The notes: generated by a model not told the origin, from the sequence alone. A stretch of DNA of 51,297 bases from Candidatus Sumerlaeaceae bacterium (GCA_051003195.1 JBPCLP010000032.1:1-51297); one strand, 5' to 3'. Shown: positions 19,110 to 29,436, counted from the stretch's first letter. Made by a program: numbers and translations.

Positions 19110-20678
19110 CTAGTCACGAACTGGCGTTGGGTCGCGCGAGAGCAGTAGCTGGTCCATTTCGTTAAAGCGGGCAGCGATCTGTCCTGAGTTGCTTATCTGC
19201 ACCACTACATTTGCGTCCTGCCGCCGGAATCTGATATGCAGCGGCCTGGCGTCTGAACCCCGGTCCTGCGGCTCGTAGTTCAATGTCTTGTCGTCCTCTA
19301 TATTGCCGCCGAACTGCTCATTCGCGAAGAACTCGCGGTAGCGTTTAGCGCGAAGCAGTTCGCTATACTCGTCGTAAAACTCCGTTGCGTCTTTGCGGGT
19401 GTCCCACGTAGTTTTCCATAGGTAGACATACTCTTCGCCCTTGCGATAGATTACGAACTGATCGCCGTCCCATCCTTCGCCGACGCGCTTCGCCTTGTTC
19501 CACTCGCGCCAGACCTCGAACAGTGTCTTGATCTGCATCTCACCCCAGTTGCAGCGCATGGTACGTTTCCATCCTTTACCAAGGATCGACTGGATGGCCG
19601 GTATGGAAACAGTCGTTGGCAGATCGAGATCACCGGAAGCGTATTTGTCGGAGTGCAGGATCTGTTCGGTGCTCACGGGAACACGTACAAACGCAAGTTC
19701 GCGAAGATCCGGATCCTGGTAGGAGATCTTCATGAGAAATTCAGCTCCCCCAAGATAGGGGAAGATTAGCTGCTGCCGCAGAAAGTAAGGGGTGGCGTTG
19801 AGCGCACTCTGGTCAATTTTAAGTACGTCCAATAGTTTAAGCACGTCGGAGCCGCTGAGGGATGTTCCCGCGTAGTCCTGCATCAGTATGGTGGCGTCGC
19901 CCTCGATCACTGCCAGGGCAGCCGTGGCTGCATCGTTGTTTTCCAAATCACGCAGCGGCATCCGGCTGAAATTGTAGTGCTGGTCCTGCAGCGCGTGACA
20001 AATTTCATGCGCGAGAATGATCTTCGCCAGCGGACGCGAAAGATCAAAATCAGCAAGCACGTAAAGCTTCTTCGTCTTGTCATCGTACAACCCGGCAATC
20101 TGCTCGGACAGCAAACTGAGTAACGTCTTGCGCAGGTTGGTTCGCTCAGGAATCGCGCCCACAATTTTACAGGCAGATTCATACTCGGCAAGCCAGCCGG
20201 GGGGCAGGTCCTCCTCCAGTTTCACTTCCAGGAACTTCTTCAGGGCGTTTCGCTCGAGTATCTGGAAACGCACCGGCTGCAGAGGCGGCAGGTTTCGCAG
20301 CTCAGCGACGGCAGAGGTAATTTCGTTCAGTAATGCGTCCGGATCGAAACCTGTCTTCTCGTAGAGCTCTATAGCACGAATGAGCTCTTCAATATGGGTA
20401 CGATCGGCGCTGCCTTCCGGCAGTTTGCGGGCGCTTTGCTTCAACTGGCGCAGCTCAGTGGCAAGCTCCTCAGGGGCCATGACGCGGTAGACGCGCGGTA
20501 GCCTGCCATTCAGCGCTGCGGTGGTGGGTTGATCGGAAACAACCAGCTTTCCGGGATCATCTACGCGGCGCTTCGTCGCACGTTGGGCGGACCCGCGTTC
20601 CGCTGCGGATGTCGGCAGGCTGAGGCAGCAGGTTGCCGCAGCCAGTAAGAGCAATTTCGTTACTTTGGGAAACGGCAT
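19110..20678 (-). CDS. Secreted putative zinc metallopeptidase (HExxH...EGDA type)
   Basis: Signal peptide; AGLYD, AHEICHALQDQHY, IEGDAT, FPYLGG, STEQILH, GWDGD. Confidence 0.75.
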   Translation of the reverse strand: MPFPKVTKLLLLAAATCCLSLPTSAAERGSAQRATKRRVDDPGKLVVSDQPTTAALNGRLPRVYRVMAPEELATELRQLKQSARKLPEGSADRTHIEELIRAIELYEKTGFDPDALLNEITSAVAELRNLPPLQPVRFQILERNALKKFLEVKLEEDLPPGWLAEYESACKIVGAIPERTNLRKTLLSLLSEQIAGLYDDKTKKLYVLADFDLSRPLAKIILAHEICHALQDQHYNFSRMPLRDLENNDAATAALAVIEGDATILMQDYAGTSLSGSDVLKLLDVLKIDQSALNATPYFLRQQLIFPYLGGAEFLMKISYQDPDLRELAFVRVPVSTEQILHSDKYASGDLDLPTTVSIPAIQSILGKGWKRTMRCNWGEMQIKTLFEVWREWNKAKRVGEGWDGDQFVIYRKGEEYVYLWKTTWDTRKDATEFYDEYSELLRAKRYREFFANEQFGGNIEDDKTLNYEPQDRGSDARPLHIRFRRQDANVVVQISNSGQIAARFNEMDQLLLSRDPTPVRD

Positions 20679-20690
20679 GTAGATAATTAT

Positions 20691-21476
20691 CTATTCCTTG
20701 TGGTGACCAATACCCGGCCAGTGCCTGCGTTTCTTACGCTCGTCCTGCCGAGTGTCCATATAGAAGCGCTCACCCAGGTAGAACTTTCGAGCCTCGGGGC
20801 TGTTCACCAGCTCGTCCGCGGTGCCGGACGTCATTACCCGACCTTCAAAAATAATATACGATCGATCGGTTACCGATAAAGTTTCCCGCACGTTGTGGTC
20901 AGTGATCAGCACACCCAGCCCACGCGCCTGCATCTGGAAGATAATATCCTGGAGATCTTCGACTGCCTTGGGGTCCACACCTGAGAAAGGCTCATCAAGC
21001 AGGATGAATGTGGGCTGATTTACCAGCGCCCTCGCGATTTCGACGCGCCGACGCTCGCCGCCTGATAATGTATAGGCGATATTTTTTGCCAGGTGAGAAA
21101 TGCCGAGTTCCTCGAGCAGCATCTCCAGCCGTTCCCTGCGCTGGGCCGCCGTGAGCTTCGTTGTCTCAAGGATCGCCATGATATTCTGTTCGACCGTAAG
21201 CTTACGAAATATCGACATGTCCTGCGCCAGGTAACCCAGGCCCATGCGGGCGCGGCGGTGCATGGGCATGCCGGTAATGTCGACGTCGTCCACGAGAACA
21301 CGACCGCCGGTTGGCTTGATAAGGCCAACGACCATGTTGAAGGTGGTGGACTTACCGGCGCCGTTTGGTCCAAGCAGGCCGACGATCTCGCCCTTGCGCA
21401 ACTCAATGGAAACATGATCGACGACACGCCGGCCGCTATACTCCTTGATTAGATTTTCTGTAAATAGCCGCGACAC
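20691..21476 (-). CDS. lptB: LPS export ABC transporter ATP-binding protein
   Basis: [52 protein letters not shown]. Confidence 0.95.
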   Translation of the reverse strand: MSRLFTENLIKEYSGRRVVDHVSIELRKGEIVGLLGPNGAGKSTTFNMVVGLIKPTGGRVLVDDVDITGMPMHRRARMGLGYLAQDMSIFRKLTVEQNIMAILETTKLTAAQRRERLEMLLEELGISHLAKNIAYTLSGGERRRVEIARALVNQPTFILLDEPFSGVDPKAVEDLQDIIFQMQARGLGVLITDHNVRETLSVTDRSYIIFEGRVMTSGTADELVNSPEARKFYLGERFYMDTRQDERKKRRHWPGIGHHKE

Positions 21477-21589
21477 TTCGTTAGTTCAGTCCTTTAGCTT
21501 TCCGTCAGCAAATTGCACGTTGAAGCAAGCGTTTGATCCATGAGGACGTGCGATGCGAGTCAATTCCATTCTCTGAAAGGGGGTTTCGA

Positions 21590-22111
21590 GTGACGCCAAA
21601 AAGAAAGATCTCCCTGGTGCGGTGGACAATCAGCCTGGCGATTATGCTGCCGCTGGTTTTTATCTGGGCGATGTTCCTGGGTAAGTGGTGGCTTCCGTAC
21701 AAGGTAGTTTCCGCATCGATGAGCCCGACGCTCGAAGCAGATGATCGCGTAATTATGAAGCAGGTAGAGAACTTTGGGAATCTTCGCGACGAGATTATCG
21801 CATTCAAAGATCCCACGGGCGAAGGCGGCGCGCTGACAAAGCGTGTGATTGCTGATGAGAACAGCACGGTTCAGATGCGAAACGGACAGATGTTTGTCGA
21901 CAGTGCTTCGCAGCCGGTGCCTGGAGAGACGATCGCAAATGTTCCCGACCAGAAGTGGGAAGTAGGCCCGGGTGAGGTTTTCGTGGTCGGCGATAACCGT
22001 AACGACAGCTTCGATAGCATCGATTATGGGCCGATTGGGCGAACCAGTATTCTTGGTGTGATTACGTTTCGTTACTGGCCGTGGGCTCGAATCGGCAGGG
22101 TCGCCGGCTAA
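21590..22111 (+). CDS. lepB: Signal peptidase I
   Basis: One N-terminal TM segment; SASMSPTL (catalytic Ser), TKRVIA (catalytic Lys), GDNRNDSFDS; AAGGGG RBS before GTG 21590. Confidence 0.9.
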   Translation: MTPKRKISLVRWTISLAIMLPLVFIWAMFLGKWWLPYKVVSASMSPTLEADDRVIMKQVENFGNLRDEIIAFKDPTGEGGALTKRVIADENSTVQMRNGQMFVDSASQPVPGETIANVPDQKWEVGPGEVFVVGDNRNDSFDSIDYGPIGRTSILGVITFRYWPWARIGRVAG

Positions 22112-22113
22112 GT

Positions 22114-23109
22114 TCAGGAGATTACGTCGTGCAGGTGAATCATTCCGACGGGCCTGCGCTGTTGATCCACCACCGGCAGCACGAGTATTTTCTTCGCGCC
22201 GTCTTCCATGATATTGATCGCTTTCGCGGCGAGTGTGTCAGGAGTCACGCTGGCCGGGGAACGTGTCATAAATTTCGACACCGGCTGCGCAAATAAGTCC
22301 CGGACCGTAGAATTCTGGTCGTCCGCAAATCGTTCTATGGTTCGGCGGAAATCGCCATCCGTCAGAATACCAACAAGTTCACCGCCGTCATCAACAATAC
22401 TGACGGCACCCTGTTTTGCTGCGGTAATGACCGCGACCGCGTCGCCAAACGGGACGGTCTCTGAAACGACGGGATTCTGCTGGCCTTTCATAATGTCCGA
22501 TACACGGCGGAGAAGGCGTCCCAGGGCCCCGCTGGGGTGGCGCAGCGCAAAATCGTCCGGTTGAAAGCCACGGCGCTCGAGCAGCACAACGGCCAGTGCG
22601 TCACCCATCACAAGCGCAGCGGTGGTACTCGTTGTGGGCGCCAGGTTCATCGGGCAAACTTCACGATCCACCTGGATATCGAGCACGACATCTGCCTGGC
22701 TGGCGAGCTCGCTATCCCCGGTCCCGGTCATAGCAATGATGAAGTTCCGGTTGTGCTTCAAAAATGGCAGACAACCGAGCACCTCCTGCGTCCTGCCACT
22801 GTTACTTACGGCAATCACGATATCCTCGGTGTTGACCATTCCCAGGTCACCGTGAAGGCCCTCCGCCGGATGCATAAAGAAAGCTGGGGTGCCGGTGCTT
22901 GCAAAAGTCGCGGCAATCTTGCGCGCCACCAATCCGTGTTTTCCCATGCCGGTGAGCACAATTCTCCCCCGACAGGCCAGGATAGCCTCAATGGATGCGT
23001 CAAAGCTTGACCCAAGTCGGTCCCCAATGGCTCTGACGGCGTCTGCTTCCTGGTCGAAAACAGCTTTTCCGCGTTGATAAGGAGCTTGAAGCTGCCGGTC
23101 CAAACACAT
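22114..23109 (-). CDS. kdsD: Arabinose-5-phosphate isomerase (KpsF/GutQ family, SIS + CBS domains)
   Basis: TGMGKHG, ASTGTPAFFMHPAEGLHGDLG, SNSGRT, APTTSTT, HPSGALG, TDGDFRR. Confidence 0.92.
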   Translation of the reverse strand: MCLDRQLQAPYQRGKAVFDQEADAVRAIGDRLGSSFDASIEAILACRGRIVLTGMGKHGLVARKIAATFASTGTPAFFMHPAEGLHGDLGMVNTEDIVIAVSNSGRTQEVLGCLPFLKHNRNFIIAMTGTGDSELASQADVVLDIQVDREVCPMNLAPTTSTTAALVMGDALAVVLLERRGFQPDDFALRHPSGALGRLLRRVSDIMKGQQNPVVSETVPFGDAVAVITAAKQGAVSIVDDGGELVGILTDGDFRRTIERFADDQNSTVRDLFAQPVSKFMTRSPASVTPDTLAAKAINIMEDGAKKILVLPVVDQQRRPVGMIHLHDVIS

Positions 23110-23330
23110 CCTCCAGTAATATTGAAACTAGAGGGTGTTGGTAAAGGTTTAGATTTGTCTCAACAGTTATATTTTGTGATCGGGCGGGCTTTCGGAGTAC
23201 TGAATGATGGGAAATGCGGGTGACCTTCCTTTGGGTAACTGCATGCACATGAGTAGTTTAGTACCCATCGCTATAACACATAACCCATTGTATTAACACG
23301 CTTTATACATAAACTAAAGCATAAAAAAGG

Positions 23331-23346
23331 TGGCACGGCAACCGCT
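23331..23346 (+). promoter_or_regulatory. Sigma-54 (-24/-12) promoter of the first pilin gene
   Basis: TGGCACGGCAACCGCT with exact GG-N10-GC spacing, about 40 bp upstream of the pilin ATG, below an AT-rich tract. Confidence 0.65.
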
Positions 23347-23384
23347 CAATGCCGGAGTATCCAATTTCCCTCGGAGGAAAAATT

Positions 23385-23762
23385 ATGAAGAAGAGCCTTA
23401 AAGGCTTCACACTTGTTGAGATCATGATCGTCGTTGCGATCATCGGTATCATCATCGCAATCGCGGTGCCCGCTTTCTTGCGTGCACGTGAAAACTCCCG
23501 TGGCCGCGCTTGCCAGGAGAACCTTGCAAAGATCGACGGCTCCAAGGAGCAGTACGGCCTTGAGTTCAAGCTCGCCAACGGCGCTGCTGTTACGATGACC
23601 CAGCTGATCCAGCCGAACGGCGTGCCGGTCGGTGAAGGCTATCTCAAAAAGACGCCAATATGCCCAGCTAACGGTGTGTACACCGTTGGAAACCTCGGCG
23701 CTAACCCTCTCTGCGCCTACACCAGCGACAAGACGTGGGCTGAGAAGCACGAATTGCAGTAA
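23385..23762 (+). CDS. Type IV pilin (probable major pilin)
   Basis: GGAGG RBS; class III signal MKKSLKG|FTLVEIMIVVAII...P22. Confidence 0.9.
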   Translation: MKKSLKGFTLVEIMIVVAIIGIIIAIAVPAFLRARENSRGRACQENLAKIDGSKEQYGLEFKLANGAAVTMTQLIQPNGVPVGEGYLKKTPICPANGVYTVGNLGANPLCAYTSDKTWAEKHELQ

Positions 23763-23787
23763 GAGGCACAAACTCTATCATGTGAAC

Positions 23788-23824
23788 GGGGGTGAATGGC
23801 TCGCCATTCACCCCCTTCTTTTTT
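23788..23824 (+). terminator. Rho-independent terminator between the two pilin genes
   Basis: Perfect GGGGGTGAATGGC-TC-GCCATTCACCCCC inverted repeat followed by TTCTTTTTT. Confidence 0.85.
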
Positions 23825-23893
23825 CAGTATCGCCCATCAAGCTTATCTTCTCGCGCCAAATGGCATTAATCATGGCTACAAGAGGAGTTCTCA

Positions 23894-24280
23894 ATGAGGT
23901 TCCGGGATTCTCGCGGGTTTACCCTCGTCGAGATTGTTATAGTCGTCGCGATCATAGCCATTGTTGTAGGCATTGCGGCGCCTACATGGTTTCGGCAGAG
24001 AGAAATAAGCCGTGCGACTGCATGCCAGGAAAATCTGGGTAAAATTGATCATGCGATTGAACAGTACGCGATGGAATTCAGGCTTTCGAACGGTGCACCC
24101 ATCAATTACCCGGACGACCTGATAAAGCCCGCGGGTGTAGACAAAGGCTCCGGCTTCCTGCGAGTTGAGCCGACCTGTAATGCAGGTGGTACATACACAG
24201 TCACTGTCGTTGGAACGGAACCCACTTGCTCCATCGGAGCCACCAATGATCCGTTTGCTTCACATGTGATCCAAAATTAA
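23894..24280 (+). CDS. Type IV pilin, paralog of the upstream pilin
   Basis: AGGAG RBS; SRG|FTLVEIVIVVAII; shares ACQENLxKID..EQY..EF.L.NGA with the first pilin. Confidence 0.9.
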   Translation: MRFRDSRGFTLVEIVIVVAIIAIVVGIAAPTWFRQREISRATACQENLGKIDHAIEQYAMEFRLSNGAPINYPDDLIKPAGVDKGSGFLRVEPTCNAGGTYTVTVVGTEPTCSIGATNDPFASHVIQN

Positions 24281-24283
24281 GTT

Positions 24284-25033
24284 TCAGCGATGCTGCGCCA
24301 GCATTTTGATGGTTTCCCAAACTGTCTTCATCAACGGCAGCTTGCTCTGGTTACGCTTCTTGTCGTAACGCAGCACAAACGGTATCTCCGTCATTTTCTT
24401 CGTGAGAGTACTAAGCCGCACAAGAAGTTCATCCGTGCAGGCAAAGCCTTTGCGGGTTATAAGATGGCTGCCGAATTTCTCAGTAGCATCTCTAAGTACT
24501 CCGACGCGATAGGCCCGGTACCCGCAGGTGTAATCGCGCACTTCGGGGAGCCGAAGGAAGACCTGGAAAAGAAGCCGCGCGCCTCGACTGAGAAACCGCC
24601 GAAATAGCGGAACGCCCACCTCCTGGCTTCCCTGCTGGAAACGTGATGCAATTACGACGTCATATCCGTTGCTCCAGATTCGGTCGGTCATTTGAGGGAC
24701 GTACTTTGGTGAATGCGTATTATCAGCATCCATAAAGACTGCTACGTCGTCAGGGCTGTGCGACAATTGCAGCACGGCGCTAATGCCGGTTAGTATCGCA
24801 TTGCCGAGACCGGCGTTATGCTCGTGCGTTTCTATGAGGAGCGGGAATTCCGCAGCCATCTGCAACAGGATTTGCGGCGTGGCATCGGTTGAGCCGTCGT
24901 CGACGATGATAATTTTGTAGGGCTGACCGGTTGCACGAAGCACATCCACTGCTTCGCGGATCAGCGGTTCGATGTTTTCTGCTTCGTTATACGCGGGCAG
25001 AGCCAGAAAAATATGCTGCGGCGGCGGGCTCAT
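24284..25033 (-). CDS. Glycosyltransferase family 2 (DPM1/polyprenol-phosphate glycosyltransferase-like)
   Basis: LPAYNEAENI, VDDGSTD, MDADNTH, IASRF, DYTCGYRAY. Confidence 0.9.
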   Translation of the reverse strand: MSPPPQHIFLALPAYNEAENIEPLIREAVDVLRATGQPYKIIIVDDGSTDATPQILLQMAAEFPLLIETHEHNAGLGNAILTGISAVLQLSHSPDDVAVFMDADNTHSPKYVPQMTDRIWSNGYDVVIASRFQQGSQEVGVPLFRRFLSRGARLLFQVFLRLPEVRDYTCGYRAYRVGVLRDATEKFGSHLITRKGFACTDELLVRLSTLTKKMTEIPFVLRYDKKRNQSKLPLMKTVWETIKMLAQHR

Positions 25034-25067
25034 TGCGTCGTCAACTGGAGTAGCGCGGGCTTTTAAC

Positions 25068-26426
25068 CTAACGCGCTGCGGTCAGCGCACCAAGAATCTG
25101 AGGGCTGTTTTTCTGAACCAGCTCTTGAGCTGCCGTAAGTACTGTGAGCATATCGCGCTCGCTGATCGCAAGCGTGGCGAGTGTGCTGTCGAGTGATTCG
25201 GAGCATGTGGCATCCGGCAAGCTCACATTGATGACTTTAATCGATTGGGGTGCGTTGTACATTACCGTGGCGAACGTTTGTGCACGGGTACCGAGCGCAG
25301 TCGCAGCGCGGTCAATGTACTCAACTGAACTGACATAGCCATCGGGGTTTCCACTTTTCTTCTCCTTAAGAGGAGCGCCGACGTTTATGCTGACGACAAC
25401 AAGACGCTTGGCTGCGGATGCCTGCTGCAGGTGTCCCAGATATAGCCCAACGATACTATCGACGCCTGAATTGTCATTTACCCCTCCGTCTGCGAGGTGC
25501 ACATACCCAGGCGTTGCGTAATTCTGGAGCGCAGCCGGTCCTGGAATCAACGGGTAGGCCGAGCTGGCAGCAACTGCATGGGCGATCTTGAACCTTCCGA
25601 TATCGGAATTGATCGCATCGAATCCGAAAGGTGTGAAGATCGGAGTCGACGCGATCTGTGCCAGGGCTGTGAGTGCCGACTGGTCCGACTTTGGAGCAAT
25701 CGAAGGCAGGCTTCCGATGAGCTGCATCGGGTTGACGGTAAAGCTCTGCTGCACATTGAGATTTGTGAAAAGGAATTTCTGCCCGGTATCGAGCGAGGTT
25801 GCATTCAGGATGGTGACCGGAGCTTCGCCGCGAAGTTCGCGCTCCAGAAGATGGTCGAAATCGCTTCCCTGGAATATGTGCTGGTCGAAGGCATTGCCGA
25901 GTGTTTGCACAAAACGATAGCGGGAGTAGTACTTTGCAACAGCTTCCCATGGAGCGGTCAGGTAATGTGCCACACCTCGGAATTCGAAATCGACGGTCAT
26001 GTTGGACTTGAAGCGCTGGAAGAAAGCACACATCTCTTCCTCGCTCGAGAAATCATTGGGCTTAAAGAGACTGTAATAAGCAGCCGCAAGGCTGCCGCCG
26101 CTCACCCCTGAAATAGCATCGCAGTTGTCCATGAGGGATCGGCCGGGGTGGCGAGGATCGGGCAGGTGGGCCAACTGCTCCAGGACGCCGGCGGCAAAGA
26201 CGGCCGAACGTGTGCCTCCACCGGAAACAGCGACAGCGAAGTTGGTTCCGTGCTCCATGACCTCAGGCTGTGGCGGACAAGTGTAACCGGCGGAATTATC
26301 AAAGACGTAGATGGGCAGAGTGAGAAAATGCCAGCGAAACTGGTCGAGTTTGTCGCCCAGCAATACACAACCGGTTAAGGTCAACGCTGCCAGACTGCAA
26401 AGCAGCAGGCGCCACGATCTTCTCAA
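25068..26426 (-). CDS. Patatin-like phospholipase lipoprotein
   Basis: Lipobox LTG|C; SGGGTRS, GVSGG nucleophile elbow, ADGG. Confidence 0.85.
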   Translation of the reverse strand: MRRSWRLLLCSLAALTLTGCVLLGDKLDQFRWHFLTLPIYVFDNSAGYTCPPQPEVMEHGTNFAVAVSGGGTRSAVFAAGVLEQLAHLPDPRHPGRSLMDNCDAISGVSGGSLAAAYYSLFKPNDFSSEEEMCAFFQRFKSNMTVDFEFRGVAHYLTAPWEAVAKYYSRYRFVQTLGNAFDQHIFQGSDFDHLLERELRGEAPVTILNATSLDTGQKFLFTNLNVQQSFTVNPMQLIGSLPSIAPKSDQSALTALAQIASTPIFTPFGFDAINSDIGRFKIAHAVAASSAYPLIPGPAALQNYATPGYVHLADGGVNDNSGVDSIVGLYLGHLQQASAAKRLVVVSINVGAPLKEKKSGNPDGYVSSVEYIDRAATALGTRAQTFATVMYNAPQSIKVINVSLPDATCSESLDSTLATLAISERDMLTVLTAAQELVQKNSPQILGALTAAR

Positions 26427-26645
26427 TCCATACTCCCGATCCGTAGATTACACGAGGGTTTCCGTGTGTGAGACGAGTGGTTTTGAATGCTCAGCGTCAG
26501 GTGTGCAACCACAAAATGCGCGTTCTTAGACTGACTTTTGCGGACATACGCGCTGCCCGACCCGCGCGAAACCGGTTGACCGATCTCCCGAGCATATCAA
26601 GTTGTACGGCAACTGAGTGATACGCCGGTGACTGGAGATTTATTA

Positions 26646-28130
26646 GTGGCAAAAGAGGAAGCGGCAGGACGGACAGCTGAGAAGAAGTTTATAACGGCAA
26701 TCACACCCAAGAGCGAGAACTACTCGCAGTGGTACCTTGACGTTGTACGTAAGGCGGACCTGGCCGACTACACAGCCATCAAGGGGTGCATGGTTATAAA
26801 GCCTTACGGTTATGGGTTATGGGAAAACATTCGCGATGCACTGGACCGGCGGATTAAAGAAACAGGACACCAGAACGCCTACTTCCCGCTGTTTGTGCCT
26901 GAGTCGCTGCTGAATAAGGAAGCAGCCCATGTGGAAGGTTTTGCGCCAGAGGTCGCGTGGGTTACGCATGGCGGTAATGAACCCCTTGAGGAACGGCTTG
27001 CTATCCGCCCGACTTCCGAAGCGATCATTTGCTCTATCTACTCGGACTGGGTGCAAAGCTACCGCGATCTGCCTATCCTGATAAACCAATGGGCAAACGT
27101 AGTCCGCTGGGAAAAAGTGACCCGACTGTTTCTCCGCACGACCGAGTTTCTGTGGCAGGAAGGTCACACGTGCCACCGGACACAGGATGAAGCGCAGGAA
27201 GAGACGCTGAAGATGCTGCGGGTTTACCAGGAATTCGCCGAAACGGAGCTGGCAATGCCGGTCATCCCGGGGCAGAAAACCGATAATGAGAAGTTCCCAG
27301 GTGCGGAATTCACCTACACCATCGAAGGCATGATGAGCGACGGGAAGGCGCTGCAGGCAGGTACGAGTCACAACCTGGGCCAGCACTTCGCGAAGATGTT
27401 CGACATTATCTTTGAGGATGAGGACCAGGTACGCAAGCACGTGTGGCAGACAAGCTGGGGCGTGTCGACGCGGCTTGTGGGCGGCCTGATCATGACTCAT
27501 GGAGACGAGAACGGGCTGGTGCTGCCACCACGGGTTGCACCCATTCAGCTGGTTATTGTGCCAATCTTCAAGGCCGCGAACAAAGAGGAAGTTGTCGGCA
27601 AAGCGCGAGGACTGGAGCGCGAGTTAAAGGGGATCGCGCGGGTTAAACTGGACGATCGCGAGCAGTACACTCCGGGGTGGAAGTTCAATGAGTACGAAAT
27701 GAAGGGTGTACCACTGCGGCTGGAGATTGGGCCAAAAGACATTGAGAAGAGCCAGTGTGTGCTGGCGCGGCGTGATACGCGCGCGAAGGAATTCGTGCCT
27801 CTTGCGCAGCTGGCCGAGCGGGTGCCGCAGTTGCTGGCGCAGATCCAGACAGAGATGCTCGAACGTGCACGGGCGTTTCGCGACGAGAACACGCGGCGTG
27901 CAAAGGATTTTGACGAGTTCTCGAACTTGATTGAGAATGAGCGCGGGTTCGTCCTGGCGAACTGGTGCGGCAATGGCGACTGCGAGTTGAAGATCAAGGA
28001 ACAGACAAAGGCGACCATTCGATGCCTGCCGCTGAACGACCAGAATGAATTGCTGGCGGCGCCGGCAGGCAATTGTGTTCACTGCGATGCAGCCGCGAAG
28101 CATGAAGTGTATTTTGCGAGAGCATATTAG
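26646..28130 (+). CDS. proS: Proline--tRNA ligase (archaeal/eukaryotic-type)
   Basis: HVEGFAPE, IRPTSE, QWANVVRWE, FLRTTEFLWQEGHT, QAGTSH, ends FARAY; GGAG RBS before GTG 26646. Confidence 0.96.
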   Translation: MAKEEAAGRTAEKKFITAITPKSENYSQWYLDVVRKADLADYTAIKGCMVIKPYGYGLWENIRDALDRRIKETGHQNAYFPLFVPESLLNKEAAHVEGFAPEVAWVTHGGNEPLEERLAIRPTSEAIICSIYSDWVQSYRDLPILINQWANVVRWEKVTRLFLRTTEFLWQEGHTCHRTQDEAQEETLKMLRVYQEFAETELAMPVIPGQKTDNEKFPGAEFTYTIEGMMSDGKALQAGTSHNLGQHFAKMFDIIFEDEDQVRKHVWQTSWGVSTRLVGGLIMTHGDENGLVLPPRVAPIQLVIVPIFKAANKEEVVGKARGLERELKGIARVKLDDREQYTPGWKFNEYEMKGVPLRLEIGPKDIEKSQCVLARRDTRAKEFVPLAQLAERVPQLLAQIQTEMLERARAFRDENTRRAKDFDEFSNLIENERGFVLANWCGNGDCELKIKEQTKATIRCLPLNDQNELLAAPAGNCVHCDAAAKHEVYFARAY

Positions 28131-28269
28131 AGAAAACAAATGGGCGGAGAAGTTTTCGCACTTGAGATAAGCTTGCCGGCGGTTGGGAGCTGGCCGCTTT
28201 TATTGCTCTCTTCTGACTCGTCGACATGCTGCGTGGTGACTGGATGGCTCCGGGACAGCATCGGGTCAA

Positions 28270-29415
28270 TTGAACCCTGAACGTTTGGGCAACTCGACAA
28301 TACATCGCGTTCTCCAACTCACTTCCACATCCGACCTGGGCGGTGCGGAGCGGATGGCGCTGTGGCTTTCACGGGGACTGGATAGCGAGAAGTTTCGGCC
28401 GCACATTGCTTCGCTGATTGGATCGGGCGCACTCGTGCGTGCAGCGGCAGATGCGGGAATTAGTGCAACCCATCTCCAGTTCCGCAATGCGGCTGATCCG
28501 GGCGGCATTCGCCGACTCGTGCAGCTGATCCGGCGTGAGAAGATCGACATAGTACAAACGCATGGATTACGCGCAGATGCGGTGGCGCGATGGGCGGCGC
28601 GGCTCGGCGGCGCACGTGTGATTGTATCGACAATCCATTCCATTGATCCCTGGCGCCGGTGGCAGCACTCCGTGTTGGACCGGCTTACCGCGCCCCTTGT
28701 CAGCCATTTCGTTGCTGTCTGCGAAGCCGCGAAGCAAGCTGCCGTGCAACGCGAGCACGTTACTGCGGCGAAGGTTTCGGTGATTTATATCGGACTGCCA
28801 CAGCGTGAGATTCCGCGTGCGAGGCGAGACGAACTGCGTTTGAAGTTTGGAGTGCCTCCCGAAGCTTACCCGGTCGTCGGCATCCTGGCAAACCTGCGCG
28901 ACATGAAAGGCCATCGACATGCTATCGACTCGCTACCAGCGCTGCTGCAGGAGTTTCCGACAGCGCACTTCGTTTTTGCGGGACGGGATGACAGCAATGG
29001 TGCGGTGGAGCAATACGCCCGCGAAAAGGGCGTTCGCGGCAGCATCAGCTTTCCTGGATTTGTAGAGAACAGTGCTGAAGTGCTGGCGGCGATTGATCTG
29101 TTTCTGTTGCCGAGCGACTGGGAAGGTCTGCCGGTTTCGATTCTGGAGGCCATGCAGGCAGGAGTTCCTGTGATTGCCACACGTGTGGGCGGAATTCCGG
29201 AGATTCTGCGCGACGATGTTGAAGGTGTGCTGATCGAGCCGCGGCAACCGCAGCAGATCTCCCGGGCAATTATTGAGCTCACGCAGGATTGGCCAAAACG
29301 CGCCCGCTTATGCAAGGCTGCCGCGGCAAAATCAGTCACTACTTTTTCGATTCAACATATGACCGCACAATACGAGGAACTTTACCTGAACCTGCAGACA
29401 AAACGCACGGGATGA
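28270..29415 (+). CDS. Glycosyltransferase family 4
   Basis: LGGAER, MKGH, PSDWEGLPVSILEAM, ATRVGGIPE. Confidence 0.9.
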   Translation: MNPERLGNSTIHRVLQLTSTSDLGGAERMALWLSRGLDSEKFRPHIASLIGSGALVRAAADAGISATHLQFRNAADPGGIRRLVQLIRREKIDIVQTHGLRADAVARWAARLGGARVIVSTIHSIDPWRRWQHSVLDRLTAPLVSHFVAVCEAAKQAAVQREHVTAAKVSVIYIGLPQREIPRARRDELRLKFGVPPEAYPVVGILANLRDMKGHRHAIDSLPALLQEFPTAHFVFAGRDDSNGAVEQYAREKGVRGSISFPGFVENSAEVLAAIDLFLLPSDWEGLPVSILEAMQAGVPVIATRVGGIPEILRDDVEGVLIEPRQPQQISRAIIELTQDWPKRARLCKAAAAKSVTTFSIQHMTAQYEELYLNLQTKRTG

Positions 29416-29436
29416 GGGTGTTCTGCCGAATCGACT

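Noticed and set aside
23861..23877. Second sigma-54 promoter before pilin 2 (TGGCATTAATCATGGCT)
   Set aside because: GG-to-GC spacing is 11 rather than the required 10, and the site is too close to the RBS
26646..28130. Archaeal/eukaryotic-type ProRS as evidence of unusual transfer
   Set aside because: This type is well known in many bacterial phyla
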